In this document: piece after piece, positions 26,040 to 39,610 of the stretch
Numbering within the stretch: the stretch's first letter is position 1
How the letters are laid out: every line of letters begins with the position of its first letter
NCBI RefSeq assembly: GCF_018977255.1
Contig: NW_024704742.1
Location: 46,192,001 to 46,256,000 of the forward strand
Direction: 5' to 3'
Length of the DNA: 64,000 nt
Source: Callorhinchus milii
Taxonomy: Eukaryota
Notes under the pieces: model-generated
Seen by the model: the letters and a program-made list of their open reading frames with translations, nothing else
Database searches by the model: none
What the model was told of the DNA's origin: nothing
Translations under genes and position numbers: made by a program

Positions 26040-27109
26040 ATATAGTGCCTTTTAAATAGGATGATGTCTCAGAGTAATGTATAGTACAAGAGATTGGAAG
26101 CCAAGCAAGAAAGAAGGAGTGGGGTTTGGGGAGATCACCACAAGTGTGTTTAAAAAGGCAGATTTTCAGGTGCAGTTTACAGATAGATAAAGAGGAGGAG
26201 GAATTGAAGCAGGAATTCAACAGATATGTGACCACAGTTATCAAACTTTGAGTCAAATAAATATTTGGTATGCATTATAATATTCCTTGCATTTGCACCA
26301 ACTGTGTGGGATACAAACTGATTTATACTGTGATTCCTAAAACCGCTTCCAAAGGTATTATCAGAAGTGGGACTCTGAATCCATCAGTCCAAATTGGAAA
26401 TTGCATTAAATGGATTTTAAGTGGAACAAATGGCCCATTAAGTGCTGTGCCTATAACTTAATTCTGTGAGCATGTTTATTTGAATGTACTAATTCATGAA
26501 AGGAAGATGATATGTCCGTTTGACAAGAGCAGGAATTAGGAGTGCCTGAATAAAACCTGGCACGTAATAAAATGTGATGATTCTGACAGTACGGTAGAAT
26601 TTTGCTGTTTAATTCTCTTCTAGCATTATGAACCAAACACCCCGAGGGTTCAGACAGGTCTTCAGTTTCCCCCTAGAGTGATAGGAAAGGTTAGATCATT
26701 GGCAGTGGCTACCGCCCCACACCTTCTAAAGCTCCATAAGGGCAGATAGAAACTGTACTCATGTGTGCTGATGTCAGTGGTGCTGGGAATGGAGGCGCTG
26801 CTGGCATTAAACTGACAAGCTCATTGATGGCTCAGAAGCCTGTGAATGTCGCGTCCTGTCATTCTTACTTGCCTTGTCTGTACTGTAGTCTTCCAAAGGG
26901 AAAAAAGATGCACATTTGTTTCTTACACAGGGGAACAGAAATGTAAGTGCGGGGGTTGCTGTGACCTTTTTGTTGTATGTGAATATCTCTCTCTTCAGAA
27001 TCTATGTTGACTGACTGTCAGTAGAGGTTGAGACTTTGTATTCATATGTGTGGGACAATGTTTAGCTATACATTCAGATTGTTGGTCGTGAGCTCAGAAT
27101 GTGCTAAGT

Positions 27110-27295
27110 GGTTATTGAAGCTGAGTGAATTATGACATTTAACAGGGAATTAGATGGACATTTGCTGAATGAAGATATAAGAGGAAATGAGGAAAGAGAA
27201 GTGAAATGGATTTGAATAGATAGGTCCAGTGGGGAACAAGCACAGCCCAGGAATAATGGGCTAAATGGGCTCCGGAGCTGAAATGTGTATGTAAA
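27110..27295 (+). mobile_element. Old CR1 3' tail
   Basis: GTGGTTATTGAAGCTGAG..TTTAACAGGGAATTAGATGGACATTTG..ATGGGCTAAATGG. Confidence 0.65.
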
Positions 27296-28917
27296 AGTCA
27301 AAATCATTAAGGACAGTAGATCTTTTCATCAGACAGAAATTCAAACATATTAATATTTAATAGTAATGCTGTGTATTTGGGCCAGTAACTCTTAGTGACA
27401 ATGAATGAATGGGAAGATGCTTCTGCAGAGAGGTTTTCTATACAGGCTTTTTTTCACACTTCACCAGCTCTGAGAAGTAGCAATTTGTCTTTTTTATCCA
27501 AATATTGCAAATCAAGCGGCTTTTGATAATCACAACCAGAAATCACAATTAGCACATCAAATCTGGTTTGTGAATATTGTAAATTAGATCCTAACATCAT
27601 ATCAATGTAGGTGCCTTTGGAGCATACCTTGCATCCTAAAATTTTTAACTTTATTACATTTACAGTTACACAAGTTGGCTGCCCTTCACTGCACTGCATG
27701 ACTCCTTCCATTCAAACTGTTGCAAACTTGCTTCAAGCCTTTATGCTGCCTATTCATCCTCTTGATCTCTGTCGGTATCAATTCAAGCCCTTAACATTCT
27801 CTTTATTGATGTTCCCTCTCAACCCTACTCTTATTCCATAAGGGAGTATATTGTAGCATACAGGGTTCTATCAGAATTTTCAGCTCTGCTGAAAGCAGTT
27901 TCTTTGTATGTTTGAACCCAAGGTTGCTGCACAACTTGCTATGCCTGGCAGATAAAAAATAACAGGATAAAACTAACGTCAGCTAATGGAATGAGAATTT
28001 GTTTTCAAAGAACATTTAATATTTATGTTGATTGTACACATTGGGGAATGAGTTCAGTCCCTTTCTCCTGGCCACACTGTTCTGAGTGGTGATATCGATA
28101 AAGCCAGACTTCAGTTCATGGATTAGCTAAATCACAACAATTTGTAATTTAGTCATTAATTAAATCACAACATTCTTCCCGCATTTTACTGAACCAAAAG
28201 CTCAGAAATCCAGGAACCCATTTCATGCACATCTGGATATGTTCAATGGCATAAATATGGATCACAGAATTAACTTGACCCTCAATAAGAACAATCTAGT
28301 CAATTGGTATTGCACAGCAACCTAGTGGGATTAAATAAGTGAATTCAAAATGCTCTGACCAGAGGAAAAAAGAAATGGAGAAATATTCACAGCAATTAAA
28401 AAATAAGCAGAGGGCACAATGTAAGGAAATGAATGACTTCACCATGGCTATTTTATTCTATTGTAATAGTAACTCTGCACTAGAGTATCTTAAACCGACG
28501 ATTTTATCCCTCAGATAAGACTGGTCGTTCACTTCATATCTGTGTGCAGTCATGACACGTTATAGTAAATCCTGCGAAGCGCTTTGAGATGGCATCTACG
28601 TGAAAGGCTCTGTATCAAATGCAAGGATTATTCTTATTATAAAATAAAAATATCAATAAGAAGGTTTATAGGACAGCATTCAAAGATCCAACATTTGCAA
28701 ATAAGCTTATAGTGTTTCAACAGCATAAGATCTTCAGTATTTAAAAAAGTGATGATGCAAGATGTCCAAAAACATCTAACAGAATAAATCTACTGTGAAT
28801 GATTTATACAAATTCATTCCTTTCATCAGTAGGTGGATAAGCAAGTGATGCAAAAAAAAAAGACAGGCAGAGGACAATTCAGTATCTCAATAATAAAAAC
28901 ATATAGACTCTGTTTAT

Positions 28918-29335
28918 AATAATGATAATAAACCTTGCATTTGGTATAAGGGTTTTTCACGCCGGGAGGACACTTCAAAGTACTTCACTGTGAAGTGGAG
29001 TATGTATTTTGTGAATGTGGCAGCCCAATTTTACTCGCCAATGTCCCACAAAGAGACATAAAATGAATGAACAATTTTATTTGCGGGATTGTTTACTATG
29101 AAAACAGGAAAAACTCCCTTCACTTTTCAAGTAGTGCCATGGGATTTGTAATGCCCATGTGATCAGGCATACGGGATTTCAGTTGAACATTTCACCCAAA
29201 GAACAGCAACTCTGACAATGTAACATAACCCCACCACTGCAATGAAGTGTCATCTTAGACGAGCCCAACATTGGGCTTGAACCTAAACCTTCTGACTCAG
29301 GGCTAATAGTACTACCAACTGAGCCAGGCTGACAT
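28918..29335 (-). mobile_element. Older SacSINE1-like SINE, near full length
   Basis: Tail AACCTTGCATTTGG, core ATGTCCCACAAA, head CTTGAACCTAAACCTTCTGACTCAG..CCAACTGAGCCAGGCTGAC. Confidence 0.82.
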
Positions 29336-29435
29336 ACGCTTACGGGCGTTAGGGTTGGAGAGAGGAGAACATTTCACATTTATTTTCTCTAAGGCACTGT
29401 TGATGGAAAAGGTATCCTGATTCTTCAGCAGGACT

Positions 29436-29945
29436 TGGAGGAGCAGAACATTCACTGGGGCTGGGACTCTTCACACTCAGCACCTGACGACCCTCAAGCC
29501 AAAGCCCTAATGTGCAGGGTGGTCCAGGTGGAACAAATAACGGGAAGATTGCCAAACGATGTCTACAATAGCAAGCTTCACAGTTTTAGTTGCTTCAACT
29601 CCAAGAGTACCCCAATATACATTCTGGGGCCCTAAACCTTGACTCTTGCCAACCTGCATGTACAAGGAAAGGTACTGCCTGCAGGAAAGGGAGTAACAGT
29701 AGCAGCCTGAGAGCATAAAGGGAACAGGGAATGTATCAGCTGCAGTAGGTTTGACCCAGACAGTAGATTTATCACAATGAGTGAGAATCCTTGTTATGAT
29801 GAAGGAGTAGTGCTTGAGGAGACTGAAGCCCACCAGGGAAGCTGCGACTGAGGTGTGGCACCTGTTCGGCACAGGCTTGAAGAGCCAGTCTACCATTACA
29901 TAGCCAGTGGAAGCCAAGGTCACCAGTGCCCTCTACAGTCACAAA
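29436..29945 (+). mobile_element. Ancient RTE-clade LINE C-terminal fragment
   Basis: GRLPNDVYNSKL resembles RTE GRLPKxxLYGEL; downstream CGTC and ALYSHK resemble the RTE terminal Zn-finger (GLYSH). Confidence 0.45.
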
Positions 29946-30195
29946 ACTGCTGTTTTACATCCCTGTTCCACTACTGCTGCTTCGCATTTGTATAACTGGC
30001 ACTTAGCATTAGAAACAATTAACAACAAATCCAAGACATATTCAATTAAAAGTCCATATATTAATTCTTATATTGTTGCTTCTGAGTTTGCTTCTTCTGG
30101 TTGCAAACATTTTGTTATTTGTGTACATTTCCTACTAGGTGAACTCCCAATCATAGGAGCAGCATTAGTAGATGGCTGCATGTCAAATGCACACA

Positions 30196-30855
30196 TCAAC
30201 AACAACAACTTGCACTTATATACCGCCCTCCACATCAGGCGACATCGCAGAGCTCTTAACAATGGTGGAGCCCAAGGCAGAGCCAGCGGGAGGGGAAAGG
30301 TGAACGTAGGTGCAGTCGAAAAGGAAGGTCTTCAGGCATGACCTGAAGATGGGGAAGGAGGGGATGAGGCAAAGAGGTTGAGGGAGGGAGTTCCAAAGTT
30401 TCGGGGTGTAGTGGCTGAAGGCACAGCCACCGATGGTGGAGTGGAGGATTCGGGGAATGCGGGGGAGGCCAGACCCAGTAGAGTGGAGGTAGTGGGTAGT
30501 GCTTTTGGGAAAGAGGAGGTTAGAGAGATAGGGGTGTGCCTAGGAATGGAGAGATTTAAACACTAGTGTGAGGATCTTGAAGTTGATCCACTCTGTGACA
30601 GGGTACCAGTGGAGTTTGACAAGGACTGAAGTAATCAGGGTACGAAGTTTAGTGCAGGTGAGAATGCGGGCGGCGGTATTTTGAATGAGCTGGATTTTGT
30701 GAATAGTGGAGGAGGGGAGACGGGCGAGCAGGGCGTTAGAGTAGTCCAGCCGAGAGGTGACAAAGGTATGGACCAGGTTTCGTCAGTTTTTGGGCTGAGG
30801 TATTGTCAGAGACGGGCAATGTGGCGGAGGTGGAAGAAAGCGGTGCTGATCAGGG
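30196..30855 (-). mobile_element. L2 3' fragment
   Basis: (CAA)n CTTGCACTTATATA tail, GTTCCAAAGTTTCGGGG, GAGGATCTTGAA, GCGGCGGTATTTTGAATGAGCTG. Confidence 0.88.
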
Positions 30856-32214
30856 TATCCGCATGCAGAGGACACAGAAGCCATTTCCTGCGTCTGTGAT
30901 TAATGCTGTACTAAGAGTCTCTCGGGGGTCTGTTGCTGTGAGAAGAATCCTCTCAGAAGCAATGTTTGTGTTAAACTCTATATGATGGTACAGAATTGCT
31001 GCTGAAATAAGTGTCAATGTGCTATAAGTCTGCTGTAACATGCATAGAGGTAATCACTTTAAAATGCCCAATGATGAGTTAGTAATTTTACGAACATAGC
31101 CTTTTAATCCTTAACGTAAACAAAAAGTTTTTTTTAAAGAGTTTTAAATTTAGAAATTACTAAAGTATCAAAATAGGAGTAAATTCAGATGTGCTTTTGA
31201 ATGACCCTGCCTGCTGACTCCATTCTCAATGCCTATGCCAGTTAAGTCAAGTCACGCATTTGTTGGTTGGCTAGTGCATTGTGACCTGTGACTGCTGGTT
31301 AATAGGATCATAAGCATTTACGGAACAAAACATGAAATGATTCTGCTAACTGACAGTTGAGTGTTGCGACCAGGATGCCTGCTTGGAAAGTTGATGCTAG
31401 AAAGCTGATGGAGAGAGAAAATTCAATCCTTTCTTACAAATCCGTATTTTCTCTCGGTCCTCCTAAATATCCTCCTAAACTTTAATCAACCTCAAGTTTT
31501 ACCAGTCCATTCTTAAACATGCAAAAATTTTGCTTGATCATTCTGACATATTGGATTCAAAGGAATAAACCATATAATTAACTGACAATTTAATGGAAAA
31601 TTTTAATTGAATCATACAGAAAGGACAATGGAATGTCCTTAATGGAAATACTCTGGTGACAGGCAACATATCCAGTTATTTTATTATCTAGCTACCATTA
31701 TATTTTTTGTTTCTGATTTGCAATGACACGTCAGAACACGAGCACTGAAGTCACAACCCATCTTTGGAAGCAGATTCACTTTGACTATTAAGATTGAGCA
31801 GATTAGGACGAAAGCACTGAACAGCAGTAGCAGGGAGCTCTGTGAAACCTGCATTGATAATTATGCTTGCTATAATTTGTCTGTTTATAAGAAATCTAAA
31901 GAACCTCATCCAAAGGATCACAGCATTTGTTTAACTACATGCAATTTAATCATTCCCTTCTCTCAAATTACTAATAATTTTCAATCCAATCAGAACAGCA
32001 CCGTTAATTTTGATCAGACCATATCATGGCATTTCGTAACATTATTTGTGTTAACAGATGATTAGATCATTCTTTATTTGGCCTATTTCTAATATTGCTT
32101 CTGGTTTCCAAATCATGTGCTATATTTGGCTTATTTCACAATAACTCTTAGAATAATAAATAATATAAATATAACATCATTTAAATATAACTTTTAACTC
32201 AGAATGAGGCAGGC

Positions 32215-32552
32215 ACTCCAAAGCAATGTGCTGCATTGTCAAAGATGTTGTCCTTCGAATGAGGCAATAATTGGTGTTAAATGAGGTCCCACCTACCTGT
32301 CCACATGGACATCAAAGATCCTATGGCACTGTGCAAAAAGAAAAGGGAATTTGTCCAGGGTGCTGATCAACAATCCCCCAACTAAAATTAGTTACTCACT
32401 TGATGCCTGTTTGTGGGACATTGCTGTGCACAAATTGACTGTTGCGTTTGCCTACAGAATAGTCACTGCACTTTGCAGAATATCCTGTGAAGTTTTGAGA
32501 CATCTTCCTGATATGAAAGGTGCTACAGCAAATGCAAGGATAATTATTATTA
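32215..32552 (+). mobile_element. Older SacSINE1-like SINE body and tail
   Basis: GTGCTGCATTGTC..TTTGTGGGACATTGCTGTGCACAAATTG..AAATGCAAGGATAATTATT. Confidence 0.8.
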
Positions 32553-34852
32553 TCCTAAATATGTAAAAATTGGAGCAAGAATCCAAAAGTCCCAGTAGAA
32601 CAGATGGAAATCAATCAGATATCCTGTCAGAGTACAGAGATGATCCTGGATCATTCAGCTTGGAAGAGCTCCTGAGTCCAATAGTAATCATTAATTGGTT
32701 GGCGTGGTGGGGGGGGTGAGGGTTTGAGATAGCATAAATTACCTAATCGCAATATGTTTTGCTCCTGTAAGAAGGGAAAGCTTACTCTCATTCTTCCAAG
32801 GGTGGATTTACTTGTAGGTTTGTATATAAGATATGCTTTGTATTGTATGTTTGCCTGTATTTTGTTTGATATTTTGCTCACTTGGTAAATGGTTTGGAAT
32901 TCAAAATATATATATTTTAATGTGCTTTATGTGTTCAGAGAAGGGGAAATCACAAAATCAAAGTTACAGGAAGTATTTCAGCTGATTTCGGAAGAGGTAG
33001 ATTCAACCTAATGGCTTTAATGAGCAATTCAAAACATAATATTTGTTGACAGAAAGAAGTTGGCATTAAATGAACTGAGTGGTATTAGAGACAGCAGTAT
33101 TTTGAAATCTTGAAGTAAACTGACAGGAAGTGTGTCTCTCATGCCACATCTATACCACATGGGCAGCAATGAATCACCATTAATTGGCAAAAGAAGCAAA
33201 ATAAATTGAATTAATTTATTTCTGGACCCTGCTCCTGAAAGCATCTCAGTCAGGAGGTGATTTCAGGAATTCAATCAACTATTGGCTGCAGCATAAATCC
33301 GGGTTGGACAGCAATAGATTTTCAAACACTTGAACCTTCTTTTGTACTTCTCTGGAGAGTTTGAATGATCTGAATGAGACATTCACATGATAACATTATT
33401 AATAATATTCCTTACATTTGATATAGGACCTTTCACATTGCAAGGACTTCTCAAAGTGCTTCACAGGATATACCTACCATAAAGTGCAGTGACACTATTT
33501 TCATGAGTGAATGTGGTACTATTGTATACCATTTGGCATTGAACAGCAGGCTTAACAACAGAGTTTTCCTCAACATCTGGCAAGTACGATTTTGGAGCAT
33601 AAAATTCTTTTTTTTACATTTAAAAGACCTTTATTTTTAAATACATGTAAAAATAAGTTTTTGGAATTTGGAATGGTCGGGTGTGTTGCAATGATCTTTT
33701 TTTTCAGTCCTGTACATCATTATTTTTCTGCAAATCCTTTCTCCCACTTTCTATCACTATGTATTTTGCAGATCACAGCAAGGAAAGTTTCTTCCAAAAG
33801 TAGCAATCTAGCAGTAGTTGTAAATAAAAGAGGATTCTTTAATGTAACAAAACATTGTTTAAAATCTTTATATAAGCTCACCCTGGCTTTATATCTTGTA
33901 TGTTTACTTTTTCAGTTCATTAACAATTCCCTAGCTGACATAACAAGCTGCTTTTCCATCCTAATCTCATTTTGTGCCAGACGTTGGAATATTCTTGGTG
34001 ATTTATACTAATAGCACCACACTGTACAATGATAAAATCTTTATTTAAGATAAGTTTCATTTATTTTTTCCCATTTAGAATAAGCTGTTGAATATAATCT
34101 TCTTTTACACTGCAGTGAAGTTATGTGTGGAATTATGTATTAGTCAAGGGTTAAATTCTCTTCGCTTCTACTGAAGGCAATCTTTAATCAGATACTATTT
34201 TCACTTGATTCAAATTTTGAACAACAATGACATGTTTGTGGAAGAAATACAAAATCAGTCTTGTGCCTTTCACGTTTGGTTATTCTGACTCAGAAAAAAA
34301 AGTTGGATAGTGCTACACCCTTCACAATAGGTATTACTTTTCTGTCAAAAATATCATATGTTGAGTATACGTAAGGACTTTTATAGTTGGCTTTCTATTT
34401 ACAAAATAAAAACAGGGGTTTAGGAGGCGAGGGAGGATTGTGTCTATTATTTTCTTTAAACAAATGGGAAAAAATGTAACACCCATTGGGCAAATTTTTG
34501 GTATTTAATTTGCCTCTTATTTCGGGAAATAAGTCTGGCTGTAAAGCCATTCCATGAAAACAAAAGGAAATCAGATCTTGTTTTACGAGTCCTGGAAATC
34601 TCTCTGCCAGGAATACCTGACCCACAACTGTGCTCAAAATTTTTGAGTGAATTAAAAAAAATCCTGAATTGCAGCCAGATAAGTTTCCACACATTACACA
34701 ATATAATTTACAGTTCTGCAATGCCTTTCAAGTCAGGAGCACATCTCAAAGTGCTACTACATTTGCTTTTGAATGCCAAATAGATTTCAGGATGCACTCA
34801 CTGATCACAGATGCCCCTCAAAATAGGCAGAATCAGATTCAACAAATTACTG

Positions 34853-35079
34853 GGGAGAAATTCCACCTGGGTTTAGACTTATTTTATTTGTGTAACATTT
34901 TAGAGTATCCAGAACTTGGCAAATGGTTGAATTCAGTCTGAACTTTGAAGACTGTCTTCTATGGTTCTTCAAAGAAATTATGGAAAACCGACTTCAAAAT
35001 TAAGGTTGCATTTAAGATTCTGAATACTCTGAAATGTTACATAAATAGAGTTAATCTAGACCCAGATGGAATTTCTCCC
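34853..35079. mobile_element. Palindromic MITE-like element with 62-bp terminal inverted arms
   Basis: 34853-34914 vs reverse complement of 35018-35079: 53/62 identical with no gaps; related copies at ~39465-39610 and ~52100-52343. Confidence 0.85.
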
Positions 35080-35564
35080 TATAAATAAATTTGGGTGGAA
35101 ATTGTTTTTCTACTGATTAACTTGCAATGAAAAATAGCATTTATTGTTGAACATTGGATAAGTCTGATCATTGGGGTCAATTATAACATTTCATAACATA
35201 TCTGATGTACCTGCTAATTGGAAAATTATTTAATTCAAAAATGTATATGGGGGGGTTGAAGGTGCAAGGGTGGAGGCGGTGGGAGGAAGAAGCACAGATT
35301 TTCTTGTTCTTCATCAAATTGTAGCCTAGGAATGATTTTAAACATGCAAACTTTCATTTCAAATAGCATTGTTGTGAAAAATCCTAATTCTTTCCTAAGT
35401 TAAAATCCAGCCCTTGGTTCAGTTCTGAAAAAAAATGAATGATAAACAATTCTCCAGATTGAAGGAAGTTGCAGTGGTCAGTTCCAAATCTGTTCTAGAT
35501 AAGACAAGAACAATTATTATTATTATAACAATTGCTTAATTTGTCCTTCTGATAAAGTTACACA

Positions 35565-36060
35565 ATGCAATGCGCGGGAAGTACTGCATTGTCAGAGGTG
35601 CCATCTTTTAGATGAGACATTAAACCGTGGTTTTGTCTGTTCATTGTGGTAAATGTCAAATCCGCATTTGATATAATGCCTCATCACATTGTTGTGAGTG
35701 ACGTCTTTTATTTGGGGGTTTGTTGGCCAAAACACCAGGAAAAATTTCCCTTTTTCTTTCGAATAGTATTATTAATGTTTACCTGAACAGGTAGACACTA
35801 CCTCAGTTTAACGTCTCATCCAAAGGTAAGATTTCATAGCACAATTTGAAAAGAGAAGGGAGTTTCTCCCACTGTCCATCAATCCTCCAGATAAAATTAA
35901 TTAATCATTTAATGGCTGCTTGTAAGAAATTGCTCCATGCAAATTAGTTGCCATTTCCCTACAAATATACATTCACTACATTGTACAATAAATTCCATGT
36001 AGCACTCTGAGACATTTCAGGATAAGATATGGCACTTTATCAAAGGCAAAGATTATCATC
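35565..36060. mobile_element. Cluster of older SINE fragments in mixed orientation
   Basis: GTACTGCATTGTCAGAGGTGCC(+), GTTTAACGTCTCATCC(-), core and tail (+). Confidence 0.65.
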
Positions 36061-36887
36061 AGTGAGAATTGACATTACATACTACATATTTCATGCCATA
36101 TCAATGCTGCCATTGGCAAGAAAACCTTTTTCAACCAAGGACTGATATCGTTGCATATATTTGGCAATAGGCATAAGGAAGTAACATTAGTCTGCACAAG
36201 ACATAATGTAAAAAAAATCTTAATATTTTTATTCAAAGATCGCTGCTTTGGAAGGAATCATTCCCAGAAATATCATGTAATGTTGTAACAAGTAAACTGA
36301 CACCATATTTTCAATGTGAATGATTTTGTTGTATTGTATTTGTTGGATACTACTTTGCCTGAGTGATGCCTTTTATGACTCAATGAAATATTAATATCAG
36401 AACTCAAATTGGTTAAATAATGTACAAAACTGTAAATTATTTAACCAAATTAGTTAGGAAGGAACTGAATTGCAGTAGTAGTTTCTTATTCTAAGTGTGA
36501 AACATTCATCTGGTAGAAGCACCTGGCTATTTTTGTTGCGCAAATTTGAAATGGAGAATCTATTCTGTGGCTGTGTTTAAATCATTTTATCAAATTTCCC
36601 AAACTGAGAGAAGGGTAAGCCTCTGCCTTTCTTGTAAAAAACATTTGTAACACTAGAAGTAGGTTTAGTAGATGTTTGAGTGATGGAAGAAAGATAAGAT
36701 GGAAGGAAGGAAGCAAGAAAGTAAGAAAAAAGAAAGAAAAGCTAAATAGCAGGCAGTTTTACCATGCTTTATAATTTTGAAACTTTGCAAAGTGTTTACA
36801 TGGAATTACTGAAATATGTAGTGATTGTTTTCGGGAAGCAAATATGCACCAGCAAAGCCTCATAAACAGTCATAAGGTGAATGCATC

Positions 36888-37020
36888 AGAATAATAGAAT
36901 GGTAGATATTACAGCACACATGAGGTTATTGGGCCCATTGAGCCAACACTGATTCCTACACCTCCACTGGAGTTAGCTGTCCAAATCCCCATACCCTGCT
37001 CTTTCTCTGTACTCTTTCAC
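36888..37020 (-). mobile_element. CR1 3' tail (next to a SINE fragment at ~36785-36885)
   Basis: AGAATAATAGAATGG..TACAGCAC..GGCCCATTGAGCC. Confidence 0.6.
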
Positions 37021-37171
37021 ATTTTGATTTGCACTCTAAGCAGGGTTGATTCAATTGATTGGCTACTAAATTATAAATGTATTCTGTTTAAAATGATTGC
37101 CATACTTACGAATGTCCAAACCAGTGTCCAAACGTGCACTCTCTCACTGGAGGGATGTCCTCTCCTTGCCT

Positions 37172-37393
37172 TAATAATAATAATAATAATAATCCTTGCA
37201 TTTGATATAGCGCTTTTCACGTCAGGAGGACGTCCCAAAGCGCTTCACAGAACACATTGTAAACTGAATTGACTGTATATTTGTGGGCGAACGCGGCAGC
37301 CAATTGCGCACAGCAATGTCCCACAGTCGTAGATTGAAAATGACCAATTTATTATTGTTGTTTTTTGGAGGGATTATTATTAGGCTCTGTGTG
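37172..37393 (-). mobile_element. Young-family SINE, head-truncated, CpG-rich
   Basis: Near identical to the corresponding part of 54584-54910. Confidence 0.92.
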
Positions 37394-37449
37394 GATCCAG
37401 AGAGTATTAGACTCAGGTTGGCAGAGCCAAAGCTTGGGAAACCCAAAGT

Positions 37450-37790
37450 GTGAGTTGGACTTATGTTGATGCTTAACCAGCTAAAACAACATACTTTTCC
37501 AATTAGGAGCACCCTACCTATTAGGACTTTGGCTTGCAGGAGCTGGGTTATCAGAAGCTGGATAAGAAAAATCCCCACCACCAGTTACTGGTCTGCCCCT
37601 TCCAAGTCATGCTGGTGAGCCAGGCTGGCTGGTCTGTCATCAGCAGTGCCCTGGAGTACTGCAGACCCACCTGGCTCAGGAACCAGACTACTGCTAGTCA
37701 GTCCACCACAGAGTATTGTCTTGCTAGTGCATCTCCAGGCATGTCACCTTGGACTCAGCTCAGCTCCAAGGAAGTCCCACATATCTCCCC
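37450..37790 (+). mobile_element. Ancient LINE RT C-terminal remnant (Ingi/Vingi- or I-group-like)
   Basis: Frameshifted PTY/LGLWL (YLG motif) followed by SALEYCRPTWLRN (LEYCxPxW motif). Confidence 0.4.
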
Positions 37791-37804
37791 CAAACAAGGG
37801 TAGT

Positions 37805-38075
37805 AATAATAATAATAATCCTTGCATTTGTTTTAGCACTTTTCACATCTTCTCCCATATATTTGTGGGTGAAACACGGCAGCCAATTGCGCACTGGAGT
37901 GTTCCATAAACAGCCGTGGATTGAAAATGACCAATTTATTATTGTTTTGTTTTGGAGGGATTACTATTATGCGTGTGCAGTAAGGAAACTTGCCCAAGGC
38001 TTTGCCCTGCCTGGAATTCAATCCAAGTATCTCACTTGCAAGGCAAGTGCTCTAACCACTGAGCTATAGGACTCC
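37805..38075 (-). mobile_element. Young-family SINE with tRNA-like head and an internal deletion
   Basis: GTGCTCTAACCACTGAGCTATAGGACTCC head; core; (AAT)n tail. Confidence 0.9.
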
Positions 38076-38084
38076 AGTAGATGG

Positions 38085-38350
38085 CAAATTAAGTTTAACA
38101 TAGGAAAATGTAAAGTTCACTTCAGCACAAATAAATTGTCTATAGTCTAGAGCAGGAACCTAAGAGGAGTAGAGGAACAAAGAGATCTGGGGAATCAGAT
38201 CCACAAATCTCTAAAAGTAGCTGCCCTAGTAGGTAAGGCTGTAAAAAAAAAACCAATGAATATAAAAATGAGGAGGTGATGTTGAATTTATACAGAATTT
38301 GTTTAGACCACATTTGGAGTATTGTGTCCAATTCTGGTGTACAACCTTGA
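38085..38350 (+). mobile_element. Old CR1 ORF2 fragment
   Basis: AAGTTTAACATAGGAAAATGTAAAGT, GAACAAAGAGATCTGGG, AGACCACATTTGGAGTATTGTGTCCAATTCTGG. Confidence 0.8.
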
Positions 38351-38970
38351 TGTTTGGTAACAAAACGTCCTCCAATTTCGCAATTCTGCCCCGAAAAGCT
38401 ATATGGTAAAGAATGCTGCATCTAAATGGGTTTGCAAGAGGGGTGCTCGAAATGGTAATACTAATAACTAAATAATAATCCTTGCATTATCACATTGTTG
38501 AGACATCTCAAAGTGTTTCACAGGATATACTGTTAAGTGAATTGACTGTATATTTGTGTTGCAGGGTTTGGAGAGAACCCAGTGCTGGTTGACTGTGTCA
38601 GATAGTAATCTTTAAGCCGTCATAATGGTCACTGAATGATAAATGTTCTGAATTTTTTTATTATTCGCTTTGGTAATCACCTCACTCAGGAAAGGTTGAT
38701 ACATTAATAATAAGGGACAATGGGAGTTTTTGTAACTACAGTATTGGAGTGCTGGATTCCTGGTCTGTTAACACATGATCATGGCTTCCTAAAGAAGGCG
38801 TTTTGTCAGATATCACTCTTTGTGAAACAAAAAGAAAACAAGTGGGAGCTCAGAGATGGTGTACTTTGCTGAATTACTCGCTGTTACCTTTCTCAGTGGC
38901 TCAATATTATCTGAGAATTATCTCCAGGTTCAGACACTTACAATCCTCCTCTTATTTCAGTTGTGTATGT

Positions 38971-38971
<1 letters not shown>

Positions 38972-39009
<38 letters not shown>
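38972..39009. repeat. (TA)n(TG)n microsatellite
   Basis: Read directly. Confidence 0.95.
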
Positions 39010-39464
39010 GTGTATGCATTCAAGGCTATTTAATGAAAGGAATAAATGGTGGATATAGAATATAACATAAATGTTACCTATAAATCACTTCAGGCACTAG
39101 CCTCCCTTTCTCTCTGATCTCCTCCTACCCCATTCTTCTGCTTGCCCTTTCTGCTCAGTTAGTCGGGCTTGCCACACATCCCTACCCCACCCCAGCCATG
39201 ATGAGTGACGAAGTTCTACTCCCCTCACTTCTGGAACTCCTTCCCTCAATCTCTCATCTCATCCTCTCTGTATCCGTCTTTAAATCCTGCCTTAAAAAGC
39301 ACCTTTAACCATATCTTCCCCTTCCCCCTCTCCCCCCGACCCAGTTGGTGTCCATCCCCATTAAACCCACAACTTTCTGACTCAAAGGTGATAGTGCTAC
39401 CAACTGATCCAAGCTGACAAACAAAAATAAAAGTAGCTAAAATAGAACTCTTTTTCAACGTCTA

Positions 39465-39610
39465 TTAAATACAATCTTAATTTTGAAGCCATTTTCTTGT
39501 TGTTCTTTTAAAAACTGGCTTCAAAGTAAACACTGAATCCAACAAATTCTGAATGCTCCAAACTGCTTAGAAAATAAAGTAAATCTAGCCCCAGGTAGAA
39601 TTTCTCTCCT
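39465..39610. mobile_element. Partial copy of the palindromic MITE family
   Basis: TAAATCTAGCCCCAGGTAGAATTTCTCTCC matches the right end of 34853-35079; inner TTTGAAGCCA..TGGCTTCAAA palindrome. Confidence 0.6.

Noticed and set aside
27454..27711. Minus ORF containing CKVCSKGTY (TNFR-like)
   Set aside because: Single short motif without the rest of the cysteine pattern.
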